From Octopus vulgaris (lineage: Eukaryota), in assembly GCA_951406725.2 (NCBI GenBank), contig OX597826.1, forward strand, positions 29,078,001 through 29,142,000: a stretch of 64,000 bases of DNA, given 5' to 3'. Below the pieces are notes generated by a model. It was given only the letters and a program-made list of their open reading frames with translations, was not told the origin of the DNA and searched no databases. The stretch's first letter is position 1, and the number at the start of each line of letters is the position of its first letter. A program made the position numbers and the translations under genes. This document shows, in pieces, positions 23,736 through 37,525 of this stretch.

Positions 23736-25602
23736 GTCGTCGTCATTTAACGTCTGTCTTCCATGTTAGCATGGCCTGGATGGTTTGATAGGAGCTGGCC
23801 AGGCAGAAGACTGTACCAGACTTCTGTGTCTGTTTTGGCACGGTTTTTATGAGTGGATGCCCTTCCTAAAACCAGGCACCTCGCAGAGCAGACTGTCCAC
23901 CCAGCAAGGTGGTAAACACATATAGACATACATTCACAGATGCATACATCTGTGTGTGTTTGTTGTTAAGAAGCTTGCCTCCCAACCATGTCTGGGGTTT
24001 AGTCCCATAGTACAGCATATTGGACAAATATCTTCTACTGTTGCCCCAAGCTGATCAAAACCTGAGTGAATTTGATAGACAGAAACTCAAAAAAGGAGCT
24101 CATTCTATATATGTATGTGAACATTTCTGTGTGCGTGCCCTTATCTTGACATCACTTGGTACTTGTAAGTGACCATCATTGGTCATACAAGTGAAATTGT
24201 TCATTTACAATAATCTGTGGAAAACATGTCAGGCCATGGGGGAATATTAGCTTGCTGGAAAACCAGTGGCTGTTGGTGACAGAAAGGGTATTTGACCGTA
24301 GAAAACCTACCTCAGCAAATTCCATGTGACCTGTGCAGGCATGGAAAAGTGAATGTTAAATGTTGATGATGATGATATATATGTATAAATATATATATAT
24401 GATATCCATATTTTTCTATGTTTGCATGAATGAGATGAGAGTTTATTGGGGGAAGATTTTTTTCACCTGGATTGGCCCTTCTAGGCACCAATCCCCACCT
24501 GTTTCCAAGCAAAGTAACAATAATCTCCCAGTTTATCAAGTGACATCATGTGGAGAATTGGAGAGAAACAACACAACATGAATAAACCTTTTGCTCAGGC
24601 TTGCTTTCACAGTGGAGTGCAAGCAAAGGACACTGCTTGCATAAACAGTAATGCCTTTGTTTACTGTCACTGAATACACTTGAGGAGGAGGGGCAATACA
24701 AACTCATTCTCACAAACCTCACAGAAAAATGTACTTTTCTTATATTTCCCAAATTTCCCATAAAATTCAAATATAGATGATGCCTACCTTAGTCTTAATG
24801 CACAAATAATGGAAAGATTTGAGCACGTGAATGTGTTTCCAAAGATAGGGAAGAGAGCAGTCTTGTGTTGTCATAACTGCCATCATCATTTAATGTCCGT
24901 TTTCTGTGCTGACATTGGTTGAATGGTTTAACAAGAGCTGGTGAGCCAGAGGACTGCATCAAGCTCCAGTGTCTGATTTGGCATGATTTCTACAGTTGGA
25001 TGCCCTTCTTAACACCGACCACTTTACCGAGTGAACTTGGTGCTTTTTATGTGCAACAGGTACTAACAAGATCACCAAGTAACTCACAAGACAAGACTCC
25101 TCCACTGAGGTAGGAAGCAGCATTGAGGGAGATGGCTTTGTGCTTGGTGATGAGGTTTAAGTATTATGACAGAGTGGTAGAAAGATGGAAGATACATAAT
25201 TACCTCACTGTCAATAAAATTATATTTGACTCCGCACTACTTGTACTGGGTCTTTTATTCTGTTCTTATAAAACACTATATATATGTGTGTGTGTGCATG
25301 TGTGTACATCAATTTACATAAATGATAATAAACAAGGATTAACCAATTTCATCAGCCAACTTTTCGTTCAAAGTCATTATGATTTCGGTCCTTGCGAAAA
25401 GTTGGGCTTGATTGTCTGGAAAGCAGCAGGGAGGGGAAAAAAGCCATATGAAGTAGATTCTTATGACTGAAAAAACTCAGTACAGACATAAGACTGGTTT
25501 GCAAAGCATGAACAAATGCAAACAGAGCATGAATGAAATACACACAAAAACACACACATACATACATACATATATAACTGTCTCTTTTTCTTTGTTTATC
25601 AG

Positions 25603-25782
25603 CTGAAGTTTATCGGGCCATCAATTGTTCAGCCAAAGACCAGGCTTTAAGACCATCAAGGTTCCTTACAAGGAATTTCTCCAGCCGTTATTTGAGCTCA
25701 TCTGCTCAAGAATCAGTCGATGACAGCAGTAGCACCGAGGATGATTACCATTCCATCATAAAAAGCAATGAATGTGCAAAAG
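25603..25782 (+). CDS. TRAP1: Second coding exon of TRAP1/HSP75-like mitochondrial chaperone
   Basis: Polypyrimidine tract+AG, 180-nt open phase1-phase1 exon, AG|GTAAG donor; (A)EVYRAINCSAKDQALRPSRFLTRNFSSRYLSSSAQESVDDSSSTEDDYHSIIKSNECAK(G) resembles the HSIISSTESVQG segment of vertebrate TRAP1 as I recall it. Confidence 0.75.
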
Positions 25783-26100
25783 GTAAGATTTTGTTTGTTT
25801 TTTTTACAATATCATTTTTGTTTATTTCTTTATTTTACGTCTGTTTTTTCAGGCCAGCATTGGTTAGATGAGTATATTATTGAGGCATTGTTTAACTGCC
25901 AGATGCCCTTTGCCCTTTATCTATTTTTAGTTATTTAGCTTCATAATGGTCTCTTATTTAGTCAGCAATTTTGAGGGGAGGGGTTCATACCATTGACCTC
26001 ACTACATTACTGGCATTTTATTTTATTGGCTCTTAGGGGGAATGAAAGGCACAACTTACTGAGGCAATCCTCATACAAATATATATGTGTATATATATAT

Positions 26101-26454
26101 ATCATGGTTTATAATCATTCAAAAGAAGATAAGAAAATATAGCATTTAATAAAAATTGCAAAAATCAAACATAGTCCCTTACAGCTGTTTCAATTCAGCT
26201 TAAAGGATTAAAATCATTATATTTGGCAAAATCTCTTCAGAGGGTCAGAAAAAAGATATACTGTTAGGTTTTTAATATGTTGTGCCTTAGAATCATTGCA
26301 GCAGACTTACTTTTTTTGAATGATTATAAACCATGATTTATATATAAACTTATTGTTTTATGAATATTATCATTCATAACAAATATTAGATATTAAACCA
26401 ATAATTCATTGGTTGATACCATCTCTTATTGAGGCTAATTTAACCTCTAATTGA

Positions 26455-26458
<4 letters not shown>
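26101..26458 (-). mobile_element. Penelope-like remnant in (AT)n with hammerhead and 24-bp inverted repeat
   Basis: ATCATGGTTTATAATCATTCAAAA (26101) inverted at 26314-26337; hammerhead at 26174-26246; terminal mini-hairpin GAGGCTAATTTAACCTC. Confidence 0.65.
26174..26246 (-). ncRNA. Type I hammerhead ribozyme motif
   Basis: Minus strand: gaCCCT-CTGAAGA-GATT...AATT-GAAACAGCTGTA-AGGGac; stem I CCCU/AGGG, palindromic stem III ACAGCUGU, GUA cleavage triplet. Confidence 0.75.
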
Positions 26459-26494
<36 letters not shown>

Positions 26495-26498
<4 letters not shown>

Positions 26499-26836
26499 TA
26501 GTGTACATTTAAACACAAAAGAGGCCAGCCTTAACAGGTTGCCTAACATGCTAGAAAGAACAGTCAAAAAGTCCAAACCACAGTTAAGAGCAATTTCAAA
26601 GGGAATGGAAAATAAAAACATTTACCATGTTTTACTCCCTTCAAAATTGCTCTTAACTGTGGTTTGAACTTTTTAACTGTTCTTTCTAGCATGTTAGGCA
26701 ACCTGTTATGGCTCGCTTCTTTTGTGCTTAAATGTACATTAATTTTTATATGAAAAATATATCTACTGACTTTGTATACATACTAGGCCACTGGTAGAAA
26801 AAATTTCTATAATTTTTCCTACCCTATATTAATTTA
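26495..26836. mobile_element. Fold-back element next to (AT)n, same family architecture as 4671-4995
   Basis: ~110-bp inverted arms 26495-26605 / 26635-26745; terminus rc ATTAATATAGGGTAGGAAAAATT..TTTTTTCTACCAGTGGCCTAGT. Confidence 0.65.
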
Positions 26837-27238
26837 TATATGTATGTATGAGTGTGTGTGTCTGGTGGCATGTAAAAAGCACCCAGCATATTCTGTTAAG
26901 TAGTTGGTGCTAGGAAGGGCACCCAGCCCTAGAAATCATGCTGCAACAGACAATTGTATTCTGGCCAGCTCCATGTCAAACCGTCCAATTCATGCTAGCA
27001 TGGAAAGCGAACGTTAAACAACGATGAGGTGTCCATATTAAATCCCTTCCCCACAACATATCTCCCCTATACCCTCTCCCTTTACCAGGGCCATTCATCA
27101 CATCCCTCACTCTAGCTCCCTCTCACCCACCCATTCACCCTCTCCGATCCCTGGTCCATTTCACTATATACACCACCCCTGTAACTTGGGTGTATGGCCC
27201 CTTCCTCTCATCTCCATCACATCTTCACCACTTTTTCT

Positions 27239-27276
<38 letters not shown>

Positions 27277-27385
27277 GAGGTAACCATATTTCTCTTCTAC
27301 TGCAAGACACTCTGTCCCTCAATACCACTCGCCCAAAGTTGAGGGATCTTGTCCTGCAAAGTTACTTGATGATCTCACTGCTGTT

Positions 27386-27598
27386 CATTATTTACATTTG
27401 ATGGATATTTGTCCTAATCTTGTTTGTTGTTTTACACAACGTTTTGGCTGATATACCCTCCAGCCTTCATCAGGTGTCTTGGGGAAATTTCGAACCTGAG
27501 TTCTCGTTCCTAAGGTATTTTTCAATGTTGTTGAGAACAAATATCCGTCAAATGTAAATATTATATATAATTCCTCATCTCTTAAATATAGAACTGTA
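27386..27598. mobile_element. Insertion of the hammerhead tail: inverted segment plus direct 3' end, 12-bp TSD
   Basis: TSD CTCACTGCTGTT at 27374-27385 and 27599-27610; 27386-27533 is the reverse complement of the 20295-20445 tail (hammerhead at 27434-27478, GAAA mutated to AAAA); 27535-27598 is the direct 3' end. Confidence 0.8.
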
Positions 27599-28076
27599 CT
27601 CACTGCTGTTGCAGTGCTACACAAATAGCACCCGGTACACTATAAATTGGTTGGTGTTAAGAAGGGCATTCAGCTGTAGAAACCATACTCAAACAGACAG
27701 CAGAGCTTGGCACAATTCTCTGACTTGACAGTTCCTGTCGGACCATTCTCCCCATGTCAGTGTGGAACATGGATGTTAAATGATGATGATATGTTTTTGT
27801 GTGTCCTTGTCTTATCCTGTAATAGTTCTAAATGAATGACACCATCATACAAGTGATGCTGTTCGTCTCCAATCTTCCATGAAAGACATGTCCAACCATG
27901 GAGAAATATTACCTCCATTGGAAACAATTGCGGGTTAACGTGCAACCAACCTGAACCGGGCAACCAAACATAGAAAAATCTGCTTCACCAAATTCCTCCT
28001 GAGCCATGCAAGCATGGAAAAGTTGGACATAAAAACAATGATGATGCATATATATATAATCAATATATACATATAG

Positions 28077-28236
28077 GTGTGGCTGTATGGTAAGATGCTT
28101 GCTTCCCAGCCACAAGGTTCTGGGTTCAGTCCCACTGCATGGCACCTTGGGCAAGTGTCTTCTACTATAGCCTCGGGCCGACCAAAGCTTTGTGAGTAGA
28201 TTTGGTAGATGGAAAATGAAAGAAGCCTTTTGTGTG

Positions 28237-28273
<37 letters not shown>

Positions 28274-28690
28274 AAAGTTTATGAAAAAAACAAAAGACGA
28301 AGACAGGTGGTGTACAAAACAAACAGATGTATTAGTATAACGCTCAGGAATAGAAAAAGTCTTTTACGTTTCGAGCCTATGCACTTCTACAGAAAGGTTC
28401 ACAGAAAAAACAAGGAGAAAAAAAAAATGTGTGTAGTGGCTGTATGTATGTATGTATGTGTGTGTGTGTTTTTATGTGTGTCTTTGTGTCTGCTTGTCAC
28501 CATCACTTGACAACCGTTGTTGGTGTGTTTACATCCCCAAAACTTAGCTGTTTGTCTAAAGAGACTGATAGAATAATTACTAAGCTTACAAAAAATAAGT
28601 CCTGGGGTTGATTTCTTCAACTACAAAATATTTTAAGGCAGTGCTCCAGCATGGTTGCAGTCAAATAACTGAAGTAAAAGAATAAAAGAA
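28077..28690 (+). mobile_element. SINE family B with nested hammerhead-like fragment (28270-28425)
   Basis: Family B head and tail flank a segment homologous (rc) to 3650-3800. Confidence 0.75.
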
Positions 28691-29084
28691 TATATATTTA
28701 ATATATATATAATTTATATTCTTTTATCCTGTTTTGGTCATTAGACTGTGGCCGTGCTGGGGCACTGCATATATGTGTGTGCACATGTGCATATATATGT
28801 GTGTGTATACTCACACACACACACATGCACAAACATACTACAAGGCATTCAATGCTGCTCTTGTATCATTTCTGTCAGCTTAACAATTTAATCACAACAA
28901 CAGCGATGATGACGATGATGATGATGCTGGCTTGAAATAGATTCTAGAACCATCCAGATAGTTTATTCCATAGGCCCATCTCCTTCTACGTATCACTTAA
29001 TTCAATTTTCGAAATCCAATCATTCCCTGAAAGAGAAGTTATTAGCATTCCAGTACATTGACCAATTAGATAAATAGGTGATTG

Positions 29085-29657
29085 GGCTGTAGTGGCAGTG
29101 GTGGTGGCGGCATGGTGGCATTGGCGGTGATGGTTGCAGTTGTGGTGCTGTGTGGTTGCTGTAATGATGGTTGTAGTGGTGGAGGGAGTGGTCAGGGTGA
29201 TGGTGATGGTGGTGATGGTGGCAGTAGTGGTAGTGGGGATGGTTGTGATGGTGGTGGTAGTGGAGATGTTTGTGGTGGTTGTAGTAGTAGATGCAGTGGT
29301 GGTGGTGATGGTTGCAATGCTGGTAGTGGTGATGGTGATAGTGGTGGTGATGGTGATAGTTGTGGTGGTGCTGGTTGTGGGCAACATGGTGGTCATGATT
29401 GTGACGATGATGGTGATGGTGGTAGTTTTGTTTGACATTAACATGATGATGTTGATGATTAAATGATGATGGGGGTGATGTATGCAGTAGTAGTAGTAGT
29501 GGGGTGTAGGGGGTTATGTTGATAATGATGATTGTGATGATAATGATGTTATCTGGGGGAATTTTATTTATTTATTTATTCCTTTTTGCTTTGTGGAATT
29601 GTAACTTTTGTCTTGCAGAAAGTACTATAACACCATTATTATTATTATTATTATTAT

Positions 29658-29696
<39 letters not shown>

Positions 29697-29745
29697 CAGC
29701 AGCAGTAGTAGTAGCAGCAGCAGCAGTGGTTGAGGTGCTGGTGTA
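29085..29745. repeat. Compound (GGT)/(GAT)/(ATT)/(GTA)/(GCA) low-complexity tract
   Basis: Direct reading. Confidence 0.9.
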
Positions 29746-30184
29746 AGTTAAAGTACATTATTGCTGGGTGATGTTGATTGACTTTAGGGGGTGTAGGCCA
29801 GTAGGAAGGGAGGGGTCTGTAGGTGTTGATGACGATGATTGTATCACTGTTGATGATGATGATGATAATGATGATGAAGGCTTGAGGATCTTTGCTAATG
29901 TGCACGGCTGCTCTAAATTGGGTTGCTAATTGGCTTGGTGCGTCAGCTTCATTGCAGTAAGTTTAGTAAACAGGCTTATTGCTGCAAGTGATGGCACCAG
30001 TTTTTAAGTTATTCAATTCAATTCCATCAAAGTCTTCTTCAGCTGATAATCGAGTCTCTTTTGGTGGTGTAGCAGCATCGTGTCGTCTTGTTTATTAGTG
30101 GACAGACAAGTCTTGATGAGGAAAGCAAAATGACAAGAGAAAAAAAGAAGATAATTTTTACTGGATTTCCAAGCTGTCTCTTCA

Positions 30185-30650
30185 TCTGTTGCTAACTACA
30201 GCTGTGTTGTTACTATTGCTAACCATCTTACATTATTGCGAGCTGCAACAGCGTTAACTATTGCGTTGTTGCTAACCATAACAGCTCTGGCTCTTGCGAT
30301 GTCGTTAATGCATTTGTGCTCACAGCAATAGTGTTACGTTTTTGTGCTGTTGCTAACCACCTCCGCATTACTACTAGTCATTGTGGTGTTAATGCTTGTG
30401 CTGTTGCAAGCTGCAACAGTGTTAATTCTTATATTTTTGCTAACTGCAATGACAACATTAGCACTTTTTTGTTGTTGTTTCCAGCTCTTTTTGTTAACCA
30501 CACTGGTGTTAACTTTTGGGCTGTTGCTAACTACCATTACCTACATTGTTGCTAACCACAGTAGTGTTAACTCTTGTTACTTGCTACAAGGACATTATCC
30601 GTTTTTGATGTTGATGGCTCTTATTGCTAGCCGTAACAGTGTTAACATTC
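30185..30650. repeat. Degenerate minisatellite-like array
   Basis: TTGCTAACCA/TTGCTAACTA recurs about ten times, often followed by GTGTTAAC/GTGTTAAT. Confidence 0.6.
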
Positions 30651-31745
30651 TATGCTGATAATGATTTTTATTGCTATTATTTCTAGGAGATCAAGTGACC
30701 CTCCAAAGCAGGATCTCCAATCTTTTCACTACCAAGGACCTCCACTTTTTATTTAACTCTTTTGTTACCATAGCACTGTTGAAATAAGGTGCCTGTGCTT
30801 TGATTCATTTTGAAAATAATGAAGAATTCAGGAAAAACTTTTGTCACGATTAAACCTGGGTTTGGACCATAAACTAACATGATATTTTGAAGAAAGGTTT
30901 TCAATTTAGATTACATTAAAAACTGGAAGTTTAGGTCACAGAACCACATTGTTTTTGGTGGTTTGGTATGAAAAGAATTTTATGAATTTTCCCACTGACT
31001 CCCAGATTTTTCAAAAGTCTATATACTTCAACAAATTTTGAACTCAGCTCATGGACCAATGAACAGTCTTTGTGGGTCACTCCCAGTGATCTGCTGAAAC
31101 CCTGAGTATTACCTCTGTGGCACCCCTTCTGCAGCGTGTGCCTCTCTTTCCCAGTACTATCTCTGTGAACGTCCCCTAGTGTATAGCCTTCCCTGTTAGC
31201 TTGTACGGTTAAGGGGTTTAAGGGTTGCTTTTTTACAAAACTGGGTCTTCTTAGAGGCAACCCCATTCATCTATTGATAGGGAACAATGGATTGCATGGG
31301 ATGAAGCTAGGAGTGATTTGATTGCTGAAAAGGGGCCACATGTTTGCTCCTGCTGTATAATGGTGGTAGTGGTGGTCAGCCTAGCTACAGAGAAATGGTG
31401 GCATGACTGTATTGACAGGGTCTTCACAGCCATCACAATGGCCATCATCATCATAATAATCCCTGCCACATTACCATCACCACCATCATCATTGTCATGA
31501 TCATCACCATCGTCACCATCACAGTAGCCATTCCTACTTGTACTATAACTTCATTATCATCATCACCATCATCGTCATCATTATCATCGGTGTCATCATC
31601 ATTGTAATCATCATCATCACAATAGCCATTCCTATTTATACTATAACTGGCTTTCATCATCATCAACGTCATCATCATCGTCGTCATCATCCTATTTTAT
31701 ATATCTATTCTGAAATAGCATGGTTTGTATAAAAATCAATCTTGT

Positions 31746-31789
<44 letters not shown>

Positions 31790-32304
31790 TAGTGTGTCTG
31801 AATGTGTGTATGTGTTTGAGAGTGTGTGTGTTGTGAAATGTGGTCAAAAGGTGAGTAGGGGGGGAGTATGTGTCATTCCACTGCAAGAGTAGCAGGAAGT
31901 AAGACCAATGGTGGTGGTGGTGGTGTTGGATGGACAGAGGCTGACTGTCCATTCCAGCCAACCTACTGGTCAACCAGCCATCTGGCTAACTGACCACTAG
32001 GCTGGTCAGTGTACAGAACCAAAACAACTGTCTCTGGACAACAGTCTAGCCAGTTCTCCGGACATAGTTACCTTGGTAACAGGAGCTCTGATGTGGTCAG
32101 ACTGATTGAATGCTTTAGAGTGTGAAGAATTGTGTGTGTGTGTGTGTGTATGTGAGTAAAAGAGAGGAGAGAATTTGTGTGTATATATGTGTGTGATGGA
32201 GAGAGAGAGAGTGTGTGTGTGTGTGTGTGTGAATGTCTGATTATTCCTGTGACGTGTGAAGGTATCTTTTTGTGTGTGTGCGTACTTGAGAGAAGTGAAT
32301 CTGT

Positions 32305-32348
<44 letters not shown>

Positions 32349-33110
32349 AACTGCATATATGAGAGAAGCAGTATGTGTGTGTATGTACGTGTATCAGAAC
32401 ATATGTATGTCTGTCATTGTGCACATGAATGTGTATAATTGTGTGTTTGTGTGCGTATGCAATTGTGAATCAATCGTGAAGCAACAGTTTCAATCCCGCT
32501 ATGGGACATCTCAGACCAATGTCTTCTACCATTAGCTTCAGGTGAGATCACATCTTGTGAGTGAAATTGGTTTCACGAAAACTGTGAAACCATCATCATT
32601 GTCATCAGCATCATCATTAGCATCATTTTTAACAGCCACTTTTCCATACTTGCTTATATCAGATGGAATTTTTTGTGGCAGATTTTCTACAGCCAAGATG
32701 CCCTTCCTGTTACCACCACCCCCATCTGTTTCCAGGCAAGGTAGTAATAGCACCTGTATGATGGTGACACTTACTTATGAGCATTACATAATGTTGAAAC
32801 TAAGTGACACACAGACTCAAGTTTTCGTTATCATTTAACGTCTTTTCTATGCTTGCCTGGGTCAGACAGAATTCATTGAAGCAGATTTTCAAGCACCAGA
32901 CGCCCTTCTTGTTACCAATCCTCACCCATTTCCAAGTAATGTAATATTTCCTTGTTACTAGATATGGAAATGAAGGACACCACTTGTACGACATTGATGC
33001 TTGTTTACAATGACCATGTGATATCAAGCCAAAGAGTAACACACATGTGCTCATACACATACAAACATACACACACATGCACATACAAACATACACACAT
33101 CTGTATATTA

Positions 33111-33673
33111 TTGGGTTGTCTGGAAAGTTTGTGCAGATTTTTGAAGGAATAAAAAAGGTCAATAAATACTTGTCATTACATTTTTAATCAACCAAATATG
33201 AATCGTTTTGTTGCACAACACGTCTCCATCTTTCCTTTAACTTGAAATTACCCTCTTCGTAGAATTGAGGTGGTTTCATGACAAAGAATTCATCAAGGTA
33301 TCTTTTTACATCATCCAAGGAATTTAAATTTTTACCATTAAGACTATTCTGCAGAGAACTGAATAAGTGGAAATCCGAAGGAGCAATATCTGGTGAATAT
33401 GGAGGGTGGGGTAACACATCCCAGCTGAGCTGCAGCAATTTTTGTCTGGTTCCCAAAGCATCAAGTGCTGAAAATGAACTTTCTTATCTTCCATTTTAAA
33501 GGGTTACAAAACTAGCACAGGTTATAGGAACATAAACCTTCCACGAAAAGATAGCTTAAACTGTGCTCTAAATGGAGGTGTAGTCAAATCCTATTTTATG
33601 GACTCAACCATGTTCTAAAATAAGTCAAAAGGTAAGCTACTATAAATCGGCACAAACTTTCCGGACAACCTAA
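33111..33673 (-). mobile_element. Internally deleted mariner element
   Basis: TIRs TTGGGTTGTCTGGAAAGTTTGTGCAGATTT / AAATCGGCACAAACTTTCCGGACAACCTAA with TA TSDs; transposase C-terminus 33184-33456 with HPPYSPDIAPSDFHLF. Confidence 0.92.
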
Positions 33674-33872
33674 TATAATATATGTGTGTGTGTGTGTGAT
33701 GGGCTTCTTTCAGTTTCCCTCCACCAAAACCACTCGCAAGGCATTGGTCAGCTGAGGGCTATGGGCTATCATAGATGCTTGCCACTGGGGGACTGTACCC
33801 AGATCCACATGGTTGGGAAGCAAACCTCTTGACCACATAGCCAAGCCTGCATCCACATTTTACATTCTAGAG

Positions 33873-34455
33873 CAGTGGTTCCCAACCTTTTCACCACTAA
33901 GGACCCCTTTTATTTAAATGAGTTTTCCCACAGGCCCCTTTTAATATGCTTATCTTTATGTAGCCGTAGTGGATGAGTTTCTTTTGAGTGTTGGGCCTGG
34001 ACCTCACAGAGGCAAAGTGGTTGAGTTCCTTTCGAGCATTGGGCCCCATGGTGGAAAAGTGGTCAAATTCCTTTCAAGTGTTGGGCCTTATGGAGGCAAT
34101 AACCAAGTCCTTTGGCATCATGTCGTGCTTGAGAAGAAGACACATTAAGCCAAGCAAAATTGCAGTTGTGGCAGATATCGGTGTCATGCAAATGGCACCC
34201 ATGCTGGTAGCATGTTAAAATACCCATTACACTCTCGGAGTGGTTGGTGCTAGGAAGGGCATCCAGCCATAGAAAACCATGCCAAATCAGACTGGATCCT
34301 GGCGCAGCCTTCCAGCATGCCAGCTCAGTCAAACCGTCCAACCCATGCCAGCATGGACAACGGATGATAAGATGATGATGATGACATATATGAAATTTTG
34401 AATTTAGTTCATGGACCCCAGTGCTACCTTATGGACCACAGGTTGGGAACCAGTG
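33873..34455. mobile_element. hAT-Charlie-like MITE with nested (GAT)n-tailed repeat
   Basis: TIRs CAGTGGTTCCCAACCT / AGGTTGGGAACCAGTG, flanks TTCTAGAG / GTCTAGGA resembling the NTCTAGAN target. Confidence 0.7.
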
Positions 34456-34589
34456 GTCTAGGAAGAGAACGGTATTGAGGAGAAGTTGACTATAGCTATC
34501 ATCCATTTGTTTATTATTTACTGTAGTGGTACAGGATGGGGTGGTGTAGAGGTTGTATTGGGAGCAAGACAAAGGGTACTGTTGTTATA

Positions 34590-34911
34590 CAGTGACACCT
34601 TGGCTTACAAATTTAATTTGTTCCTGAAGGCCTTTTGTCACCCAAAATATTCATAAAGCAAAACTATATTTTCTCATAGAATATTCAAGAGAAGGTACAG
34701 TAAATACAAGCAGGGATGTGAACTGAGTGAAAGCTGTATAGCAACTGATGCTCTGTCTCTTATACTCCCAGCTTGGTGCCAACTATTGTTGCCAGTTTGC
34801 CTGTTTATTACTTGAGATACCATTTGTCTCCCAAAATGTTTTGTGTTTGAAAAATTGTTTGTAAACCAATTTGTTCATAGTGCAAGGCATTCATAAACCA
34901 AGGTACCACTG
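34590..34911. mobile_element. Tigger/pogo-like MITE
   Basis: TA-CAGTGACACCTTGGCTTACAAA ... TTCATAAACCAAGGTACCACTG-TA. Confidence 0.7.
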
Positions 34912-35994
34912 TATATAGGTCAATGGTTCAAATCCTGTCATTGGTAGTACATCTTCTCTTCACTAAGCCATCTTCAAGTGAGTTCACTTGGGGTTTTTTT
35001 TTAGGAGGGGGAAGTGCCTCCTTCCTTAGTCAGCTCTGATTCAAAGAATGATCTTATGAAAGGAATTCCATCACAGAGTGAGACAACTGGACAATTGGGT
35101 ACAGCTGGCTATTTGGCACAGCTGACTGGACATAGAACCTGTTTTTGGCATCAATACTGTTTGGCACTGGAGGGAAACACACAAACACACTCATGCACAA
35201 ATATACACATACAGAGAGAGAGAGAGCTGTTACAATTTACTAATTGGATGCAAATAACATAAACACTATCCCCTTCTCCTCAGACGCATAAATAAAGAGG
35301 AATATCCTCACACGCATAATAACCAGAGAGGGAGAGAAAAACATTAAAATGTTTGTGATAAAATAAGTCAGCATCAAATCAGATGCTACGTAGGTGGCAG
35401 CAAAATGGCAATGTCAAGACACCTCCGTTCCACCAGACATAGCCTTCCTGTTTTATTCTTATTCACCTGTCTCGTTTGATTTTTCTCTACCTGTCTCTGG
35501 GTTTTTTGTTTTATCTCTTAACCTTTTACTTGTTTCCGTCACTGGGCGGTGGTCATGCTGGAGCATCAGCTTTAATATTTTAGTCTATCAAATCGACCCC
35601 AGAACTTTTTTTTTTAAAGTCTGGTACTTATTCTATCACTCTCTTTTTGCTGAACCATTAAGTTATGAGGATGTAAACAAACCAATTGTGGTTGTCAAGC
35701 AGTAGTAGGGGGCTAACACAGAGACAAGAACTCACTCATGCACATTCACACACATACACATATACATATATATACAATGTGCTTCCACACAGTTTCCATC
35801 TACAAATTCACTTACAAAGTATTGGTTAGCTCTCTACTTTCACTTTCACTCTTGTTTGTTTTAAACTGATAAGACTGAAGATGATGATGATGATAACCAT
35901 GGCCACCACTAATGACTACCATCATTAATGCATGGTGGCCTTCATCACTCTCTTTTCATTACAACAACAACATCCTAATTAAGCCCACAATAAT

Positions 35995-36545
35995 GACTAG
36001 TGTACTTCTTTCTCTTCCTCTCTCCTCATCTTTTTTCCTTATCTACTCTTCCTTTCTCATCCTCTTCCCTCTTCTTGCTCTTCCTTTTCTTTTTCTCTTC
36101 CTCAACTTCCTCCTCCTCATCTCATTTGTTCTTTCCTCCTTTGCTTTTATCTTCCTCTTCTCCCCTTCTTCCAGCTCTTCTCCCTGTCAATTTTTCTTCC
36201 TTTTCTTTTCTTGCCCTCGTCATCCCCCTCCCTACTCTTCGCTCCCTCCTCGTACTACTCTCTCTCTATCGCTCCTCTTTATCTTTCTTCCCTTTCCTCC
36301 ATCATGACTGCCACCTCCCCCTCGACCATCTTTCATTTCTCTATTCCTCCCTTTCTCCTCCACATCACAACACACAACCACTGCCACCCTACACTTTACA
36401 TTCATCTTCTTCCCCCTCCTCTCTCATCCACCACTTCTTTTTTTTTTTTATCAAGATCCTTTACTCACTGCTCTCATTCCTCTTCCTTCTCCTCCCCCTC
36501 CTCTGAGGTCTTATTCTTCTTTTTCGCCACCCCCACCATCTGTCC
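35995..36545. repeat. Polypyrimidine low-complexity tract
   Basis: CT-rich simple sequence. Confidence 0.85.
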
Positions 36546-36659
36546 ACACTATCCCCACACCTGGACAATGCCCATCATCAACATCATCGTCATCATCATA
36601 TCATCCTCTCTGCCCACTCTGCAGCAACAGCTGTAATTAACTTGACCTAGAAATGTCAA

Positions 36660-37371
36660 CGCAATATATGTGCATTCATATGCGTGGGCAGCAATGCATG
36701 TGCATATGTGTGGTATGCATTTATGGATGCATCTTAGGTTATGTGTGGTTATACATTCGCGCATGTGTGGGCGTGCGTGCATACATCTGCAGCCATGTAT
36801 AAATGCATCGTTGATAGTGTGTGCGTGTATGTGCATATTCATGTAGCTGTGCATGTATTGAAGCATCTGGTTGTCCATCTGTGCATTTATAACTTGTAAT
36901 TGTGCATATGTGTGTTTGCCATTGTACATACCTATAGAAATACATCTGCATAAGTGTGAGACTATGTAAATAGATAGACATACATACACGTATATATATA
37001 TATTATATATATATATACATACATATAGATGGATAGATATACATACATAAATATACATGTGTGTATATATATATATATATATTCACATATATGCACACAT
37101 AAAGAGATAGATATACATATGTATATAGATATAGGCATGTCTGTAGATGCATATGTATGTAATTGTGTGTGCACACAAGCATTTCTAATTGCACGTGTGA
37201 ATGCATATACATATATATATATATACATATATATATATGTACATCTATATGTATGTATGTAATATATATATATGTATGTACATATATATGTATGTATGTA
37301 ATATATATATGTATGTATATATATATATGTATGTAATATATATATATATATGTATGTATGTATACACACAA

Positions 37372-37422
<51 letters not shown>

Positions 37423-37525
37423 CATGCATTTAACTGTTTGTGAATGTGCTTATATGCACATTTTTCTATAAAGGTATCTAGTGTGTGTGTGTGTATGTGC
37501 ACATATATATGCATGTATGCATACA
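36660..37525. repeat. Compound (AT)/(ATGT)/(GT) low-complexity tract
   Basis: Direct reading. Confidence 0.9.

Noticed and set aside
30185-30650. CRISPR-like repeat-spacer array
   Set aside because: Repeats are degenerate, spacers are mutually similar, context is eukaryotic, no cas genes.
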